Positions 40,871 to 54,636 of a stretch of 64,000 nt of DNA are shown piece after piece. The stretch is from the NCBI RefSeq assembly GCF_006345805.1, contig NC_043003.1, positions 73,346,001 through 73,410,000 of the forward strand, in the 5' to 3' direction. Position 1 is the first letter of the stretch; the number at the start of each line of letters is the position of its first letter. The translations under genes were made by a program, and so were the position numbers. The DNA is from Octopus sinensis (Eukaryota). A model generated the notes under the pieces. It made no database searches, was not told the origin of the DNA, and was given only the letters and a program-made list of their open reading frames with translations.

Positions 40871-41082
40871 TATATGTATAGATGTGTATATATAGATGTA
40901 TATGTATACATGTATATGTATAGCTGTATATATATATACATGTATATGTAAACATGTATGTCTAGATGTATATATAGATGTACATGTAATATGTACACAT
41001 ATATATACCTATATATACATGCATACATATATACACCCATACACATGCACACACCGATCCCACCACCCCCACACACATATAC

Positions 41083-41400
41083 ATAGGTGCAGGTTGGCTT
41101 TGTTGTAACAAACTTGGTTCCAAAACACATGGTTCTCAGTTCAATCCCACTGTGAGGTGACTTGGCATGTGTCGTCTGCTGTAGCCTCAGACCAACCAAA
41201 GTCCGGTCAGTGGATTTTGTAGATAGAAACTGAAAGAAATCAATAGAATGTATAAGTATGTATATATGTAAGTCTATGTGTGTATTTTGTGTTTCTCCCT
41301 CATCACTGCTTCACAACTGGTGTTCGTTTATTTACATCCCCATAACTTACTGGTTTCACAAGAAGAAACTGATAGAATAAGTACCAGGCTTATCAAAATA
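41083..41400 (+). mobile_element. SINE family A nested in Helitron
   Basis: aggtgcaggttggct...ggttctcagttcaatcccactg...gatagaataagtacc. Confidence 0.75.
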
Positions 41401-41472
41401 TAAAACGCACTATGCAGCGTCTCATATTTTTGTTTGCGTGTGTGTGTGATACATATATATATACATATATAT

Positions 41473-41523
<51 letters not shown>

Positions 41524-42041
41524 ACATAGTTTTTGAACCGGTACTTCAAGTAACGACTAGGGTAGGGTAAATGACTGCTTATTGTGATCATTTGTCTTTT
41601 GGTTTCCTGTAGCTTTGTTCTCTTTTACAAACCCAGTGAACATATATTTCCTATTTTAAAGAAATTCAAACAATAAATATAAGTCCCAAGTTAAAAAGAT
41701 TTTCAACAGTTCAATTTCTCTGGTTGACATTTCGATGCCCACCCCCAACAGGGGCCTTAACTCTCAAAGTTTAGAGCTACATGGCCTTCATTTTTAGAAG
41801 CAAAATCTTTTTAACAGGTTCAATAAGACTGGAATTTTGGAATATGCGCATAAAAATCAGTAGTATGGGATACATGTGGCGCGATTACAAATTTTTTAGG
41901 GTGTGTAAAGAGGGAAATAACTCTCATTTGCAATTTTGATGAAATCCGAAACATAGATATTCCAGTTCATTACAGAAAATATAACAGAAAAGTCTAATTC
42001 TTCAATTGAATGTAACCGGGCAACGCCGGGTATCTCTGCTA

Positions 42042-42085
<44 letters not shown>

Positions 42086-42180
42086 TCAATATAGGGTAGC
42101 AAAAAAAATTCAGCAGAAATTATTTGCCACCAGCGGTCTAGTAGGAAAAATAGATAGTCATACACTATTAATACATTCAA

Positions 42181-42433
42181 CATCAAAATATAGGAACAGC
42201 CATCATAGGCTTTGATTTAATTTAATCGGGCTGATTTACCATTAAAAAACAGATGAAACGATGCATCGTATAAAGTATATCATGGTAAATGCATCGTATA
42301 AAGTATATCAGGGTAAATGTTTTTTAAAAGTTTTCTCCTGGTTTTTGGAATTAATACTTGTTTGCGGTTTAAGCCTTGGCTGCTATTTCTAGTAGGTTGA
42401 ACAGCCTATTATGGCTGTTCCTATATTTTGATG
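42181..42433. mobile_element. MITE with 31 bp TIR
   Basis: catcaaaatataggaacagccatcataggct versus agcctattatggctgttcctatattttgatg (30/31); internal 28-bp tandem duplication. Confidence 0.75.
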
Positions 42434-42519
42434 ATATATATATATATATATGATTATCTATACATAGCTAAATGTTTATATATATATATCTGTCTATCCA
42501 TCCATCCTTCTATCTATCC

Positions 42520-42596
<77 letters not shown>

Positions 42597-42831
42597 CCTC
42601 TCTCTCTATCTATCTATCTATATCTATCTATCTGTATATCTATCTATCTGGCTGTCTATATTTGTATCTGTCACTTTTAATGTTAATATTGCCTATTCCA
42701 AGTTTCACCTATAAAACTAGCTCCTCACAATACACAGATAGCTATCTATGTGTCTGTCTTTATATCAATATATTAATCTATTACATTTATATATATATAT
42801 GTATGTGTATATATATAATATATATGATATG

Positions 42832-42884
<53 letters not shown>

Positions 42885-42890
<6 letters not shown>

Positions 42891-43593
42891 AACCATTACA
42901 TAAATAAATAACGTGAAATACACGAAGGGACGAACAAAAAGACAAACGGGTCATTCAAAGCCTTCATTCTTCAGTCAGAAACTGGTCCCTCATCGTAGAT
43001 TTCGGCTGTTTAATTCTGAGATCCGCTCTGAATCAGCCAGCCACAGAAGGAAAGAATGCAACGCAACAGAGACGAACATGAAACAAAAAATCTTTTTGGA
43101 GACAGTAACGGTTAAAAACATGGATGACACAGGCGCCCTACGGCTTTGAGACAAAAAGAGAGACACAAAAACAATATCAGCAAGCGTGGAAAAATAATTA
43201 CCTTTTCGGTGATAAGACACATGTTGAACAAGCGGCCGATGGAAACAGAATGGCTGAGGCAGCAAGTCCTAAGAGGGTAAGAGAGAGAAGGGGGTAAGAG
43301 AGAGAGGGGACCAAGGAGGGTGGAAGGCGAGGACAGAAGCAGTGACCGAGAGGGAGAGGGAGAGAAGGAATCAGAGAAGAAGCAGTGACCAAGAGAGAGA
43401 GAGGGAGAGAAGGAATCAGAGAGGCTGGGAGAAAAAGGCGCCAAAACAATTTGGCAACGAAGCAATGGCGAAGGAAAGAAAATAGTTTAAAGACATCGTG
43501 CAGGGGTTTTGATATGATAAACATAAAGAAGTTATTATGCACGTACGCTGCGAAATATATAATAAACCTTTACATAAATAAATAACGTGAAAT

Positions 43594-43600
<7 letters not shown>
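42885..43600 (-). mobile_element. Penelope-like pseudo-LTR region
   Basis: Direct repeat taaacc(a/t)ttacataaataaataacgtgaaatac at 42890 and 43563; hammerhead-like remnants; similar to 19815-20150. Confidence 0.55.
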
Positions 43601-43690
<90 letters not shown>

Positions 43691-43699
43691 CACATATAC

Positions 43700-44170
43700 A
43701 TACATAAGTCCCTTTCACTTGCCGGATTCGGGCAGTCTCGATGATAAAGGAGTGCGAAACTGCAAAGATTTTCCGGACACCACTGAAGAAGAAATCGGCT
43801 TCGAATGATCTGTTTACCTTGTTTTTGTCCTGTTTCCAGTTTATATTATCGTTTATTTTTCCGCATGTTGTGTTTTGTTGATTTCCGCTTGTTGCGTTCT
43901 TTCTGTCTTACCTTTGATTTATCCATGCGGCGCACCGTACAACCTGTTGTTTACTTTATCTATCTATCTGTCGTCGTTGCTTTGATAGATTGCTATTCAC
44001 TAAACCTTTTTTATTTGCTCTCTCTGTTTATTTCCTCGTTTACCTTTCTGTTGAAGAGCGTAGGCTCGAAACCTAAAATGCTTTCTCACCATCCCGAGCG
44101 TCAAACTAATAACCTGCTTGTTGTTTATACACCTGTTTTCGTGTTTTGTTTTTCTTTAAATTTCAACTAG
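43700..44170 (+). mobile_element. Penelope-like 3' end
   Basis: ctgaagaagaaatcggcttcgaat (43777) and ttgaagagcgtaggctcgaaac (44051) hammerhead-like motifs, followed by a T-rich tail. Confidence 0.55.
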
Positions 44171-44193
44171 ACAGAGAGAGAGAGAGACAGACT

Positions 44194-44235
<42 letters not shown>

Positions 44236-44254
44236 TAGATAGATAGATAGATAC

Positions 44255-44319
<65 letters not shown>

Positions 44320-44330
44320 CAGATAGATAC
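44170..44330. repeat. (GACA)n/(GATA)n microsatellite
   Basis: Seen directly. Confidence 0.95.
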
Positions 44331-44344
44331 TTCAGCGTCTAAAA

Positions 44345-44800
44345 CGGGTAATCTCTAGTTAGGTTGCTTATTTCTATACACTGGTAGATGGATTTAGCCA
44401 TTTGCTAGATGTTCTCCATAGTGTTAGCTTTTTGATTGTCAACATTGTCTTGGAGAAGTACTCTGGCTAATATGTTGATATGATCCACGTAGCGGAGTCA
44501 CATGGTTATGTTTCTGGAGTTCTCTGCTAATTTCTCTTTAACTCTCCGATCCCACCATACCATAAATAGGTTAGCCATAAAGCCATCAATACTGACACCG
44601 ATGGGAGCACATTTCTCTTGGGCTTATATCTTATTAAACTTAAATGTATGGCCCTTGAGTGCGGTCTTGGCACTCACACACACTGGATGTGTGACCATGT
44701 TTTTAACCTTTCCTTATTTTCGTGGTCCACCCGTTCCATCTCTCTTTAGGGGGTCTTCTTCGCCAACAGTAATCTTACAAAACGAATTCATAAAAGGGAA
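44345..44800 (-). pseudogene. Penelope-like reverse transcriptase relic
   Basis: HTFKFNKI*AQEKCAPIGVSIDGFMANLFMVWWDRRVKEKL...LRYVDHINI...TRDYP matches PLE RT motifs (G.PIG, RYVDD). Confidence 0.75.
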
Positions 44801-44879
44801 TTAAATGAAAAAACGAGTTACGTGAATATCTTCACAAGATTGATTGAAATAAATGGTGATTGTGGACCGCCACACGCTC

Positions 44880-44949
<70 letters not shown>

Positions 44950-45084
44950 CACACACACACACACACACACTTACATACAATATCAAACACCAGATGAAAT
45001 GGGCGTATGTGTGTGTGCGTGAGAGTGAGAGAGAGTGGGGGAGTGAAGGCATGTGTTTTCATATATAGTACATGCATAAATAAA

Positions 45085-45312
45085 TATGCATAAATCTTTG
45101 TATGTATGTATGGAAGTTGCCATTGAGAAACCTTTTTAAAGAAGTGAAACATATATATATAAAGCAATACTATTTATTTTTAATAGAAAATAAACTGAAG
45201 AGCCTATTATGTATCCGAGGTAAATTTATTCCTGCATCCGATTTGTGGAAGCAATTCGCGCAGCCGTTTTCCAGTGAATAGCAAACACACACACATAGTT
45301 CTATTTTATATT
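45085..45312 (-). mobile_element. Possible Helitron/DINE-like 5' fragment
   Basis: Minus strand aatataaaatagaactatgtgtgtgtgtttgctattcac; resemblance only. Confidence 0.25.
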
Positions 45313-45360
45313 TCCTTGTGCGTGCGGGTACAGGGCACGAAGAAGTAATTGACTTTTAAC

Positions 45361-45603
45361 AAGACCAAAAATCAATCCTTCCTACTATAGGTACAAGGTC
45401 TGAAATTTGAGGGAAGGGTACTAGTCGATTAAATCGACGCCAGTGTTTCACTGGTATTTAATTTATCGAACCCGAAAAGATGAAAGGTAAAGTCAACCTC
45501 GGGTGGAATTTGAACTAAAGAACGTAAAGATGGACGATATGCCGCTACGCGTTTTCCCCGGTGTGCTAACGATTCTAGCAGCTCACCGCCTTAAGACCAA
45601 AAA
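45361..45603 (-). mobile_element. SINE family C with target-site duplication
   Basis: aagaccaaaaa at 45361-45371 and 45593-45603 flanks the SINE body. Confidence 0.8.
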
Positions 45604-46868
45604 ATTAATAAGAAGCACTTTTGCTATTCATGATACTCAACTATTCACAGCTAAGTAAAGCGACACTTTGTAAAAATTGCTAAGACTATCATATATATTC
45701 TACTTAACTCTTCATTATTATGTGCCTGTATTGATTATATAATAGTGTAAAACCACCCTTATTCTGTAAAAGCTAATTGTCTTCTGGTCGAGTGTGCAAG
45801 ATATAAATAGTTCTTATTTAATGTTTTATTCGTTAATGTTTTTGGCCATGGGTTATGTAAGCGTGTAATGAGAATTTCACTAAATGTGAAATTAATCAGA
45901 ACAAAGTCCTGCCTGGCCACATCTCGAAAACCAAGTGGTTTTCTCACTTCGAACAGCTGACCAAAGTACATATATACTATAGTAACTTCTGATTATTCAT
46001 CTTCACATGTATGTCCAGGCTTGGGGAAGATTGGTATTGAAGAAATCTGGCAGTTGTTAATGCATTCAAGTATCCCCTCATCGTGCGACCGATGTTTCTC
46101 CAAAGGAAAGCGCGATATTATGGGTCGATACGGTGCGGTACATAAAATATAGTAGTCGCTGTGGTTATAACCCAAATTTCCGGTTAGTTGAATGATATTC
46201 TATAAGGCTTCTTGCCCAACCATTTAAAAGTTTGGTCATTATATTGTTCGGGATTGGTGCGCAGGCATTTGAGCTTTCTACCGAATGCGCTCCCGTCTGT
46301 GCGAATTTGTCATCTTAAATGTTAAAAATGAAACTAAAACTGCTTTAATTTAATCTTTATGTAATTTGTGACATACAGCGCAACCAGAACTGACAGCATA
46401 TAAAATCACAGCCAATCACACACACATAAGGATGCACATCGTGCATGTGTGTATGTATATGTGAGAATGTATATGTAAACGCTCATCATATAAGATATGA
46501 TTTAGCGGCATATAACATAATTCGTGAATCTTTTACGCGCGAATGCAGTCGCGAGCTAAACATGGACACATGCTGTGACTCCTACGCTTAACCCAGCTTA
46601 TTTATCTGGCAAGCAGAAAGTGGGGGCAAGAAAAGGTTATTCCAGTGATGTGTGGATACACAGATCTGCCGAGAAGTTGTTACACGATTAAAGAATTTAA
46701 TACACAAAGGTTATGATTGCCACACCGATAAATTAAAGCAGCCATGCACTCTCATATTTTCATCATATATACATACAAGCACACACGTATATCTACCACC
46801 CTACCTACCTACCTCCCTACCTACCTACCTACCTACCTACTTCCCTACCTACCTACCTACCTACCTAC

Positions 46869-46902
<34 letters not shown>

Positions 46903-47123
46903 CTATCACAATGGACGGACGCTAGTCATATCGGCTCCAAGTAAGTTGGCCACTTTTACATGTTTAAAACTCCTTGTTGTCAAATATTTTGTTTTAATCG
47001 TTGTGCAAGTTCATTCACTAAAAACCTGAGAATTATTCACGTAGAATTCCGCCCCTATATGGGCGAAATTACAAAAAACTTTCAAAACTTTCGTGGGTTT
47101 TTTAGCCCTTTTTTATTTTGAAA

Positions 47124-49114
47124 ATGGCAACTAGAAACACGTGGCTAGCCCGCCAGTCATGCAGAACGGTAGCAAAACACTATTGCTACCACTAGCTGCT
47201 AAACATCGCAGCGTGAACACCGCTGTCACCACCATCACCACCACCAACACCAACAACAACAAATCTAACGTCGCATTCACCATCGCCGCGACCGAAGACA
47301 TTAACTTAGATTTCCCCTCACTCCCCACACCACTTGTTGATGATAAAGGGACAGAGAAAGGGATTTCAAAAATGAATACAACGAAAACAATGCCAGCACC
47401 ACCACCATCACCAACAACAACAACAACAACGAAATTGGCACAAAGCCGCCTACCAAAGACAACACCGCCAACACCAACACCACTACTACGACGTCAAATG
47501 CTACATCCAAGCCTTCTGCTGCTAATACCGCCAACACCAACACCACTACATGACTTCAATTAACACTGCCACAATTAACACTTCTACTGCCAAATTCAAA
47601 ACGAATTTTGCGGACGTAACAAAACAAAAAAGAACAATTGTAACGTTCACCACACAAGAGATAAACCGCACAAAGGCACTCTTCTCCAAAGAAGGAGACA
47701 AATTGCACCTTCATATTCCACAACACATCGTGGAAAACACGCAAGAAAAAACAATAATTTATAAAGTAATAAACAAAAAAACAAGAAGAACAGAAAATGC
47801 ACCGCAGGAAAAAATCGATAAATGCCTTCGTCCTGTATGGGACTCCAAGGAATATATCAGTTGGGGAAACAAATTTGGTACAGTCCAAGTACGTTTCCTC
47901 AACGAAAGTTTAGCAAAACGTTTTTCCACATTGGAGCTACATTCGACGACTTGGTAATGATACCAGTCTATTTAAACAAAAGGGTCACGAAAGTCCAAAT
48001 AAAAAACATACCATTTGATGTCGAAACACAATGGGTGGTCTCTGCCATCTGCTTTGAAATGTCAGAGACAATGTCAGAGACAAACATCCTGGAAATCGCG
48101 GTTCTAGGAGAGAAAGACTATGTGGGCAAATCAATCGAATTCCTGCTTCAATTGGATGAAGCAGCAAGAGAGAAGATACCCACCGCTATAGAACTGCCAG
48201 GAGGCTACAAACTCTATATAGTGGTAGAGGGCAGGCGACCACGCTGCTATTTGTGTGGAAGCGAAACACACTTGAAAAAGACGTGCCCAACCACTGCACA
48301 CCAAGAGCAACAACAACAACCACTACCACAACCAAAGCACTCCGGAAAAAAAGCTCTACTACTACCCACACCACATCAACACAGAAGACGACAAGAGAAG
48401 CACACCAAGCTAATCCGTCATCAACCAAAAACCACTCTCGACCTGGAAAAATACCAACACTACCAACAACAGCAAAACCCAAAGGAACAGAAAAACAAGA
48501 AAACAACACAAAACTGATCCCCCATCCCTTATACCGCACTCAACACACACAAACACTCAACAACCACAACAAACGAAAACAACAACACAACCACTACACA
48601 GACATACATAGAAGCCCACAACATACCCCTACCCCCTTCGGATTCCTCAGAAATTTCGTCGGAAGACGAAACCAGTGAGGAATGGCAAATAGCTACAAAA
48701 AGAAGGAAAATAAAGAGCAAAACACAACCAAACCAAATGCAAACACGAACAAAGCAGGGGGAAATACATCTCCCGAAGACATTTCAAAACCCAACGCAAA
48801 CAACAGCCACACCAACACCACAAAACATATACACAAACATGCTCACAGCCATAGACACCAAAAACACAAATTTGATGGAATACATCCAATCAAAAACAAA
48901 CATAACAGAAGATGACATAAAAACAACAACCACCCATACACAACACCACCAACCACATCAAAATAATACACATCTCCAAAAGTCTGCACCACACACTCAA
49001 AGGCATTTTCCCCAGTGCGGTTGGTAAATGCCAAAAATATCTCACAAAGAAACTGTACTGGGATCTTCTCGAGGACAAACCACGGAGGAGAAAGCAAAAA
49101 CTTTCGAGCAGTAA
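47124..49114 (+). pseudogene. Tx1 ORF1 (RRM-like region + zinc knuckle), frameshifted
   Basis: Fragments 47141-47563, 47550-47957, 47822-48517; DFPSLP, KVQIKNIPF, CYLCGSETHLKKTC. Confidence 0.8.
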
Positions 49115-49145
49115 GTAACCCTCTGTATTCTAATTCATTAGAACT

Positions 49146-52100
49146 ATGATCAAGATTGGTTGTGTAAATGCGCGTGGCTTGGGGTCCCCTTGGAAACAAG
49201 GGTACCTCTTAAATGACATAAAGTCACATAAGTTAGAAATCATAGCCATAAGCGAGACCAGACTCCACAATCCGCGGGCCCTAAAGACCATGTTTGGCGG
49301 ACAGTTCAACATTTATTTTTCCCCCTGTCTGCCGAGAATGGGCGGTAGTGGCACCGCGGTACTTTTTCACAAGAGTCTGGATCTCAAAGTAAGGACAATA
49401 TTCGTAGACCCGGAGGGTAGACTGGTCGTCCTGGATGTCGACGGCAGCAATGGGTGCGCTTTTCGGCTCGTATCAGTTTACGCACCGCCCTTAACAGGTC
49501 GGGCGGATTTCTTTCAACGTCTAGAAGTTTTCTTGGGAACGTCTCGTCCTTTACTCTTAGTGGGGGATTGGAATGCTACCTTGGACACGCATGTAGACTA
49601 CGTGGGTAGAGATAGGAATAGACGGGGATGCAAATGCCTCAGAGACCTGCTCAGACGCTTTCAACTGTCTGACAGGTTTCGACTAGACCACCCGAATGCG
49701 CCAACGTGGACATGGAGCAACCGCATCGGGTCGTCGAGATCGTATCTAGATAGGATACTGTGTAGGACAGTAGATAGAGATAGCATAGGATGTCCACAAT
49801 TCCACATAGTCAGCTACACGGATCACAAACTTGTGACATGTACGCTAGACTTAGGTAAGACACTTAGGCAGGGTCCCGGATACTGGAAACTAAACGCGTC
49901 TTTCCCATCGAGACAAGTTTTCAGAGACCGGATTAGCACACTAGTAAAGAGGGCTTTGACGGGAGCCATCATCAACAACAAATGGTGGTTTGCCCTCAAG
50001 AGAGCAGTAAAAGCAGAAGCGATTAGGTACAGCAAAGCACTAGCCATAGATAGAAATAGAGTAGAGGGTGAGCTAGTTAAGAAGCTAGAAGAGGCAATTA
50101 GAAGCGGCATCGCATCCGACGTTTTGGCGGCGAGGTTGGCCCTCGACCAACACTTCAACGCCAAACACGAAGGATGTGCTGTCAGAGCTAGGATGCGTGC
50201 TCTAAGGAACGAAGGTGTTGGAGCCGCGAGAGAGGCCCGGGTGGCAGAGGCGCAACAGGGCACACAAAGCCACCATTCGGTCACTGGTAGATGAACAGGG
50301 GCGCGAATTGCTCGAGCCAAGTAAAATGTGTGAGGCCTTTCAGCAGCATTTTGCCCGACTGTTCGGAACGAGTGGAGGGCAAGAACGTAGGGTGGACTTC
50401 AGTGCCTACCTACATAGCCTACCACGACTCTCGACAAGAAAGCAGGGTGCTGCGAAGGTGCCATCACGGCGGCGGAAGTGTAGGAAGCGATGGCAGAATG
50501 CTCGAGGGACAAATCACCGGGTTTGGATGGTCTACCCTACGAGCTTTACAATTGTATGCCAGACTTGTTTGGAGATCTCTTGGCGGCGGTGTACTGCAAC
50601 TGGCAGCAAAACGGGAGCATTCCTGGTTTTGTGAGCCGAGGAGCCGTAACACTGCTGAAGAAAGATCTAAACAAGGGAAATGTAATAGATAACTTTAGGC
50701 CATCACTCTGCTTAATGCAGACTTGAAAATTTTGGCCAAGGTGCTAGCCAAGAGGTTGGCGCTTGTCATCGAGAAACTGGTCGACAAGGCGCAAACATGC
50801 GCCGTGCCAGGCCGGACCATCCATGACAACCTCCATCTGATGCGCTACATCATAGACAGGGTAGTTAACGAACCTGGCATGGTGGGGCCCTGATCAACTT
50901 GGATCAATCAAAAGCCTTTGATAGGGTAGACCATCGATACTTGGAGGCAGTCCTGAGAGCGGCTGGTTTCGGTCCCGTCTTCCGCGGCTGGATAGCTGCC
51001 TTGTACAGAGGCATCCGTTCGGTAATTCGCGTAAATGGACATCTATCGAGACCTTTCGACATTGCACGTTCGGTCCGTTGCTCTCGGCGCTTCTATACGT
51101 ATTGACTCTTGAGCCACTACTGCGGAAGCTGGCGACTCTAAGGGGCATCCCGCGAGAATTGGGATGCGGGACGAGCGTGTCTGCATACGCGGACGACGTC
51201 ACCGTCATAGTGTCTAGCCACGAGCACATCGAGCTGGTCGGCGAGACACTGAAAAACTACGAAGCGGTGACAGGAGCGAAAATCAACCGGGAAAAGTCAG
51301 TGGGCTTGCGACTAGGCACCTGGAGAAGCAAGCCCATGCCGTCCACCAGCGCCTCCGTCGTGGGACGCTGGACCGACGGCCCGGTTGAGTTGCTCGGGGT
51401 CTGGTTTGGTCCGGACCTCCAAGTGGAGAAGAACTGGAACGAGATAACGAGTAGGGTGGTCACTCTCGCCCGGCAATGGGCCGAGAGGAAACTGTCCCTA
51501 AAAGGTCGAGCGGAGGTGGCGAACACGTACATCGCGTCCGTCATCTACTACCGCCTGACCGTCGTACCTTGTCCCGACCCTACCATCACCAAACTACAAC
51601 GCATCCTCTTTCGCTTCTTGTGGAAAGGATGCGTCCCGATGGTCAGGCGATCCATTTGCTGTCAACACCCGTTAAAAGGAGGGCTGGGCATGCCGTGGTT
51701 GATGATGCGCAGACACGCGCTGAGACTGCGACATCTCTGGCTCTATGTAGACGACGGTGAACAGTGTGGTCGCCGTTTGTGAGGCACGCTTTCCCGCAGC
51801 TCGTCTCCATGACCGAACTGCAGTCGTGGATCAAAAAGAGGCCGAGGAAGGGCGAATGGCACCGCGAGTGTCGCGTTGCTCTCAAGCAACTCTGCCGTCC
51901 TGGGTCGACCTTAAGTGACTTCAACACAACCAAAGCATTCTATAGGGGTTTAGTGGAGGGGAGGTACGACGACGAGCTCGGGGCGAACCTGGACGTCGAC
52001 GAGGAGTACCTGACCCGCCTGTTCGGGACGACTTTCGGGCCAGGGCCCATGGACAACTTCCAGAGATCCCTGGCCTGGCAGTGCTACCGAGAAGCGCTAC

Positions 52101-52570
52101 CCGTTCGGGATAAGCTCTACAGACACGGCTCGAGAAACACGGGGCCGACCTGCCCGAGATGCGGTCAGAGCGACGAAACCGTTCTGCACGCACTCGTTCA
52201 GTGTCCAACAATTTCCGACCTGTGGGCTTATGTCGAACAACTGCTGTCACGTGTGGGACGAGTCGGTTTATCAGCTGAGTCTATCGTCAATATTGTCACG
52301 CCTCCTTCCTTCAAACGGGAAGGAAGAGCTATTTTCATCATCCTTGTGGCTATGGCGAAAGAATGTATCTGGTGGACGCGTCTGAAAGGATTGGAGACAA
52401 ACACTTTCCTCTCTGGTCAATCTCTCATCAACTTCTTCAAGTACCACTTGAAAAGGAAAGTGAGAGTAGAGAGGCAAGTTTTGTCTAGCGAATGTTTTAA
52501 AAAAAGATGGGTGAATGTAGCAAGAATGGCACGTATGAATGACGAAGCCACCTTGAGCATAGTCCTATGA
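49146..52570 (+). pseudogene. Tx1 ORF2 (APE endonuclease, reverse transcriptase, C-terminal CCHC), disrupted
   Basis: GCVNARGL, SETRL, VGDWN, SYLDRIL, YTDHKLV, KSPGLDGLPYELY, LDQSKAFDRVDH, AYADDV, CPRCGQSDETVLHALVQC; several frameshifts and one TAG. Confidence 0.92.
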
Positions 52571-52975
52571 ACCCAGAAATCGAAAACAGAGAGTTGCTTA
52601 TTTGCAAAAAAAAAAAAAAAAAAAAAAAAGAAATATAAAATGTGACTTCATTGACCGAGGTTACCGTGGTCTTTTCCGTAGGCTTTTCTTTCCACGGGTA
52701 AACCTCACCTGTCCTCCCCTTTACACTTCATATTGACATTTCTGTGATAACGATCCCTATTGATCATTTTTTTTCCTCTCCCCCCCTTTTTTTTTTTTTT
52801 TACCCCCCCTTATTTTTGTCCTCTTTCTTCTCTCTCTCCTTTTACGATCCCTTTTGATCGAACTCCCCCTTCCTTTTTTTTTTTTTTTTTTTTTTTTTTA
52901 ATACCTTCAAAAGAAAAGCTCTACCTTGTAATTTGTTCTATCTGTGTGCAGCCCTGTGTGGCTAATAAAAAAACA

Positions 52976-53032
<57 letters not shown>

Positions 53033-53072
53033 GTCCATCTGTCTGTCTGTCTTCTATCTATCTATCTATCTA

Positions 53073-53127
<55 letters not shown>

Positions 53128-53169
53128 CTATATATTTCTACTTATTCTATATATATATATAAAATAGAG

Positions 53170-53290
53170 ATATAATTAAGAAATAATAAATTTTAAAAAT
53201 TGACATCTCTGACAGTTGTTTCAATTCCAGACCTTTAGAAATCAATTAACAAAATTAAAATCATTTAAAAATCGAATCTCATCAGAGTTA
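53170..53290. mobile_element. Partial MITE related to 20202-20485
   Basis: aaaaattgacatctctgacagttgtttcaattccagacc resembles the TIR of that element. Confidence 0.4.
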
Positions 53291-54006
53291 GCTAAAAATA
53301 TACAAATCAGGTGTTCAATTCCTGCATGTTGAGTATATGGCTGCAAACCGTTAACTGATAAAACCTATATATAAAGAACACGGTATAAACCTTACAAAGA
53401 GGAGGAAGGAAGTATATATATTGGAGCTATAATAAAAATAAGAATAGAGCAGTATAACCTTCTGGATGTTAAGTAACAGAAAATGCGAAAGTAGATATAT
53501 GAATATAATTGTCATGTATTACAATATCATATGCACCAATACTACTGCAGTAGATAAATAGTGTGTAAACTGATATTAGTAAACTGATGAGTAAATAAAA
53601 TAGAAATTAAGACCTAAAATTAAAAATACAAACAAAATAGAAAATAGAAGCAAGGAGGAATCCATATAATTAAAGAGTCTATGTGCATACAATCAAAATA
53701 ATGACAATAGGTGGAGGTTTATTCTTTTGGGTGTATTATAATATAATATAATATAATATATAATAAAATCAAAAATAAAATACTATAGAGTTGATTTTTC
53801 ACCTCTATAGTAAAATAAGCAAAACAAAATAAAGTAACTTAATAATTTAAGATAGATTATGTTATTGCGTAGTCAAGTGATAGTTTGTTTATATATAACT
53901 AAAATATTAACAGAATATTCATATTCTTTTTTTGAATAGGTAACTGACCAGTATTTTCATTGGAATTTTTTATACCGTAATGCGATTTGTAACCTTTATT
54001 TGAACT

Positions 54007-54039
<33 letters not shown>

Positions 54040-54045
54040 CATAAT

Positions 54046-54096
54046 CTCTGGGCTACAAGCTACAGTAGCGTCCACTTAGTGGCAAATATACTTCAC
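54046..54096. repeat. Dispersed repeat (copy 3 of 3, short)
   Basis: gggctacaagctacagtagcgtccac...gtggcaaatatacttcac. Confidence 0.7.
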
Positions 54097-54103
54097 ACAC
54101 ACA

Positions 54104-54180
<77 letters not shown>

Positions 54181-54207
54181 TATATAGATATATACACTTA
54201 ATCTTTT

Positions 54208-54410
54208 CTCTTTTACTTGTTTCAGTCATTTGACTGTGGCTATGCTGGAGCACCGCCTTTAGTCGAACAAATCGACCCTAGGACTTATTCTTTGTAAACC
54301 TAGTACTTATTCTATCGGTCTCTTTTTGCCGAACCGGTAAGTCACGGGGACGTAAACACACCAGCATCGGTTATCAAGTGATGTTGGGAGGACAAACACA
54401 GACAGAAACA
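54208..54410 (-). mobile_element. SINE family A, 3' half
   Basis: Near-consensus tail; ends in an expanded internal microsatellite. Confidence 0.9.
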
Positions 54411-54447
54411 TATATACACACACACACATACATACATACATACATAT

Positions 54448-54625
<178 letters not shown>

Positions 54626-54636
54626 CTTACATACAT

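Larger units (their letters stand above)
40212..42042 (+). mobile_element. Non-autonomous Helitron with internal cargo and subrepeats
   Basis: A|TCtatctatatatatataaaactg; duplicated ~150 bp and ~30 bp subunits; 3' ccgggcaacgccgggtatctctgCTAG|T. Confidence 0.75.
46907..52976 (+). mobile_element. Near full-length Tx1-clade (L1 group) non-LTR retrotransposon
   Basis: 5' UTR, ORF1 with CCHC knuckle, ORF2 with APE + RT + CCHC, T-rich 3' UTR; flanked by (ATCT)n on both sides. Confidence 0.95.

Noticed and set aside
52977-53130. (ATCT)n as an element-encoded tail only
   Set aside because: The repeat is also present upstream of both insertions, including the truncated one, which favours target DNA
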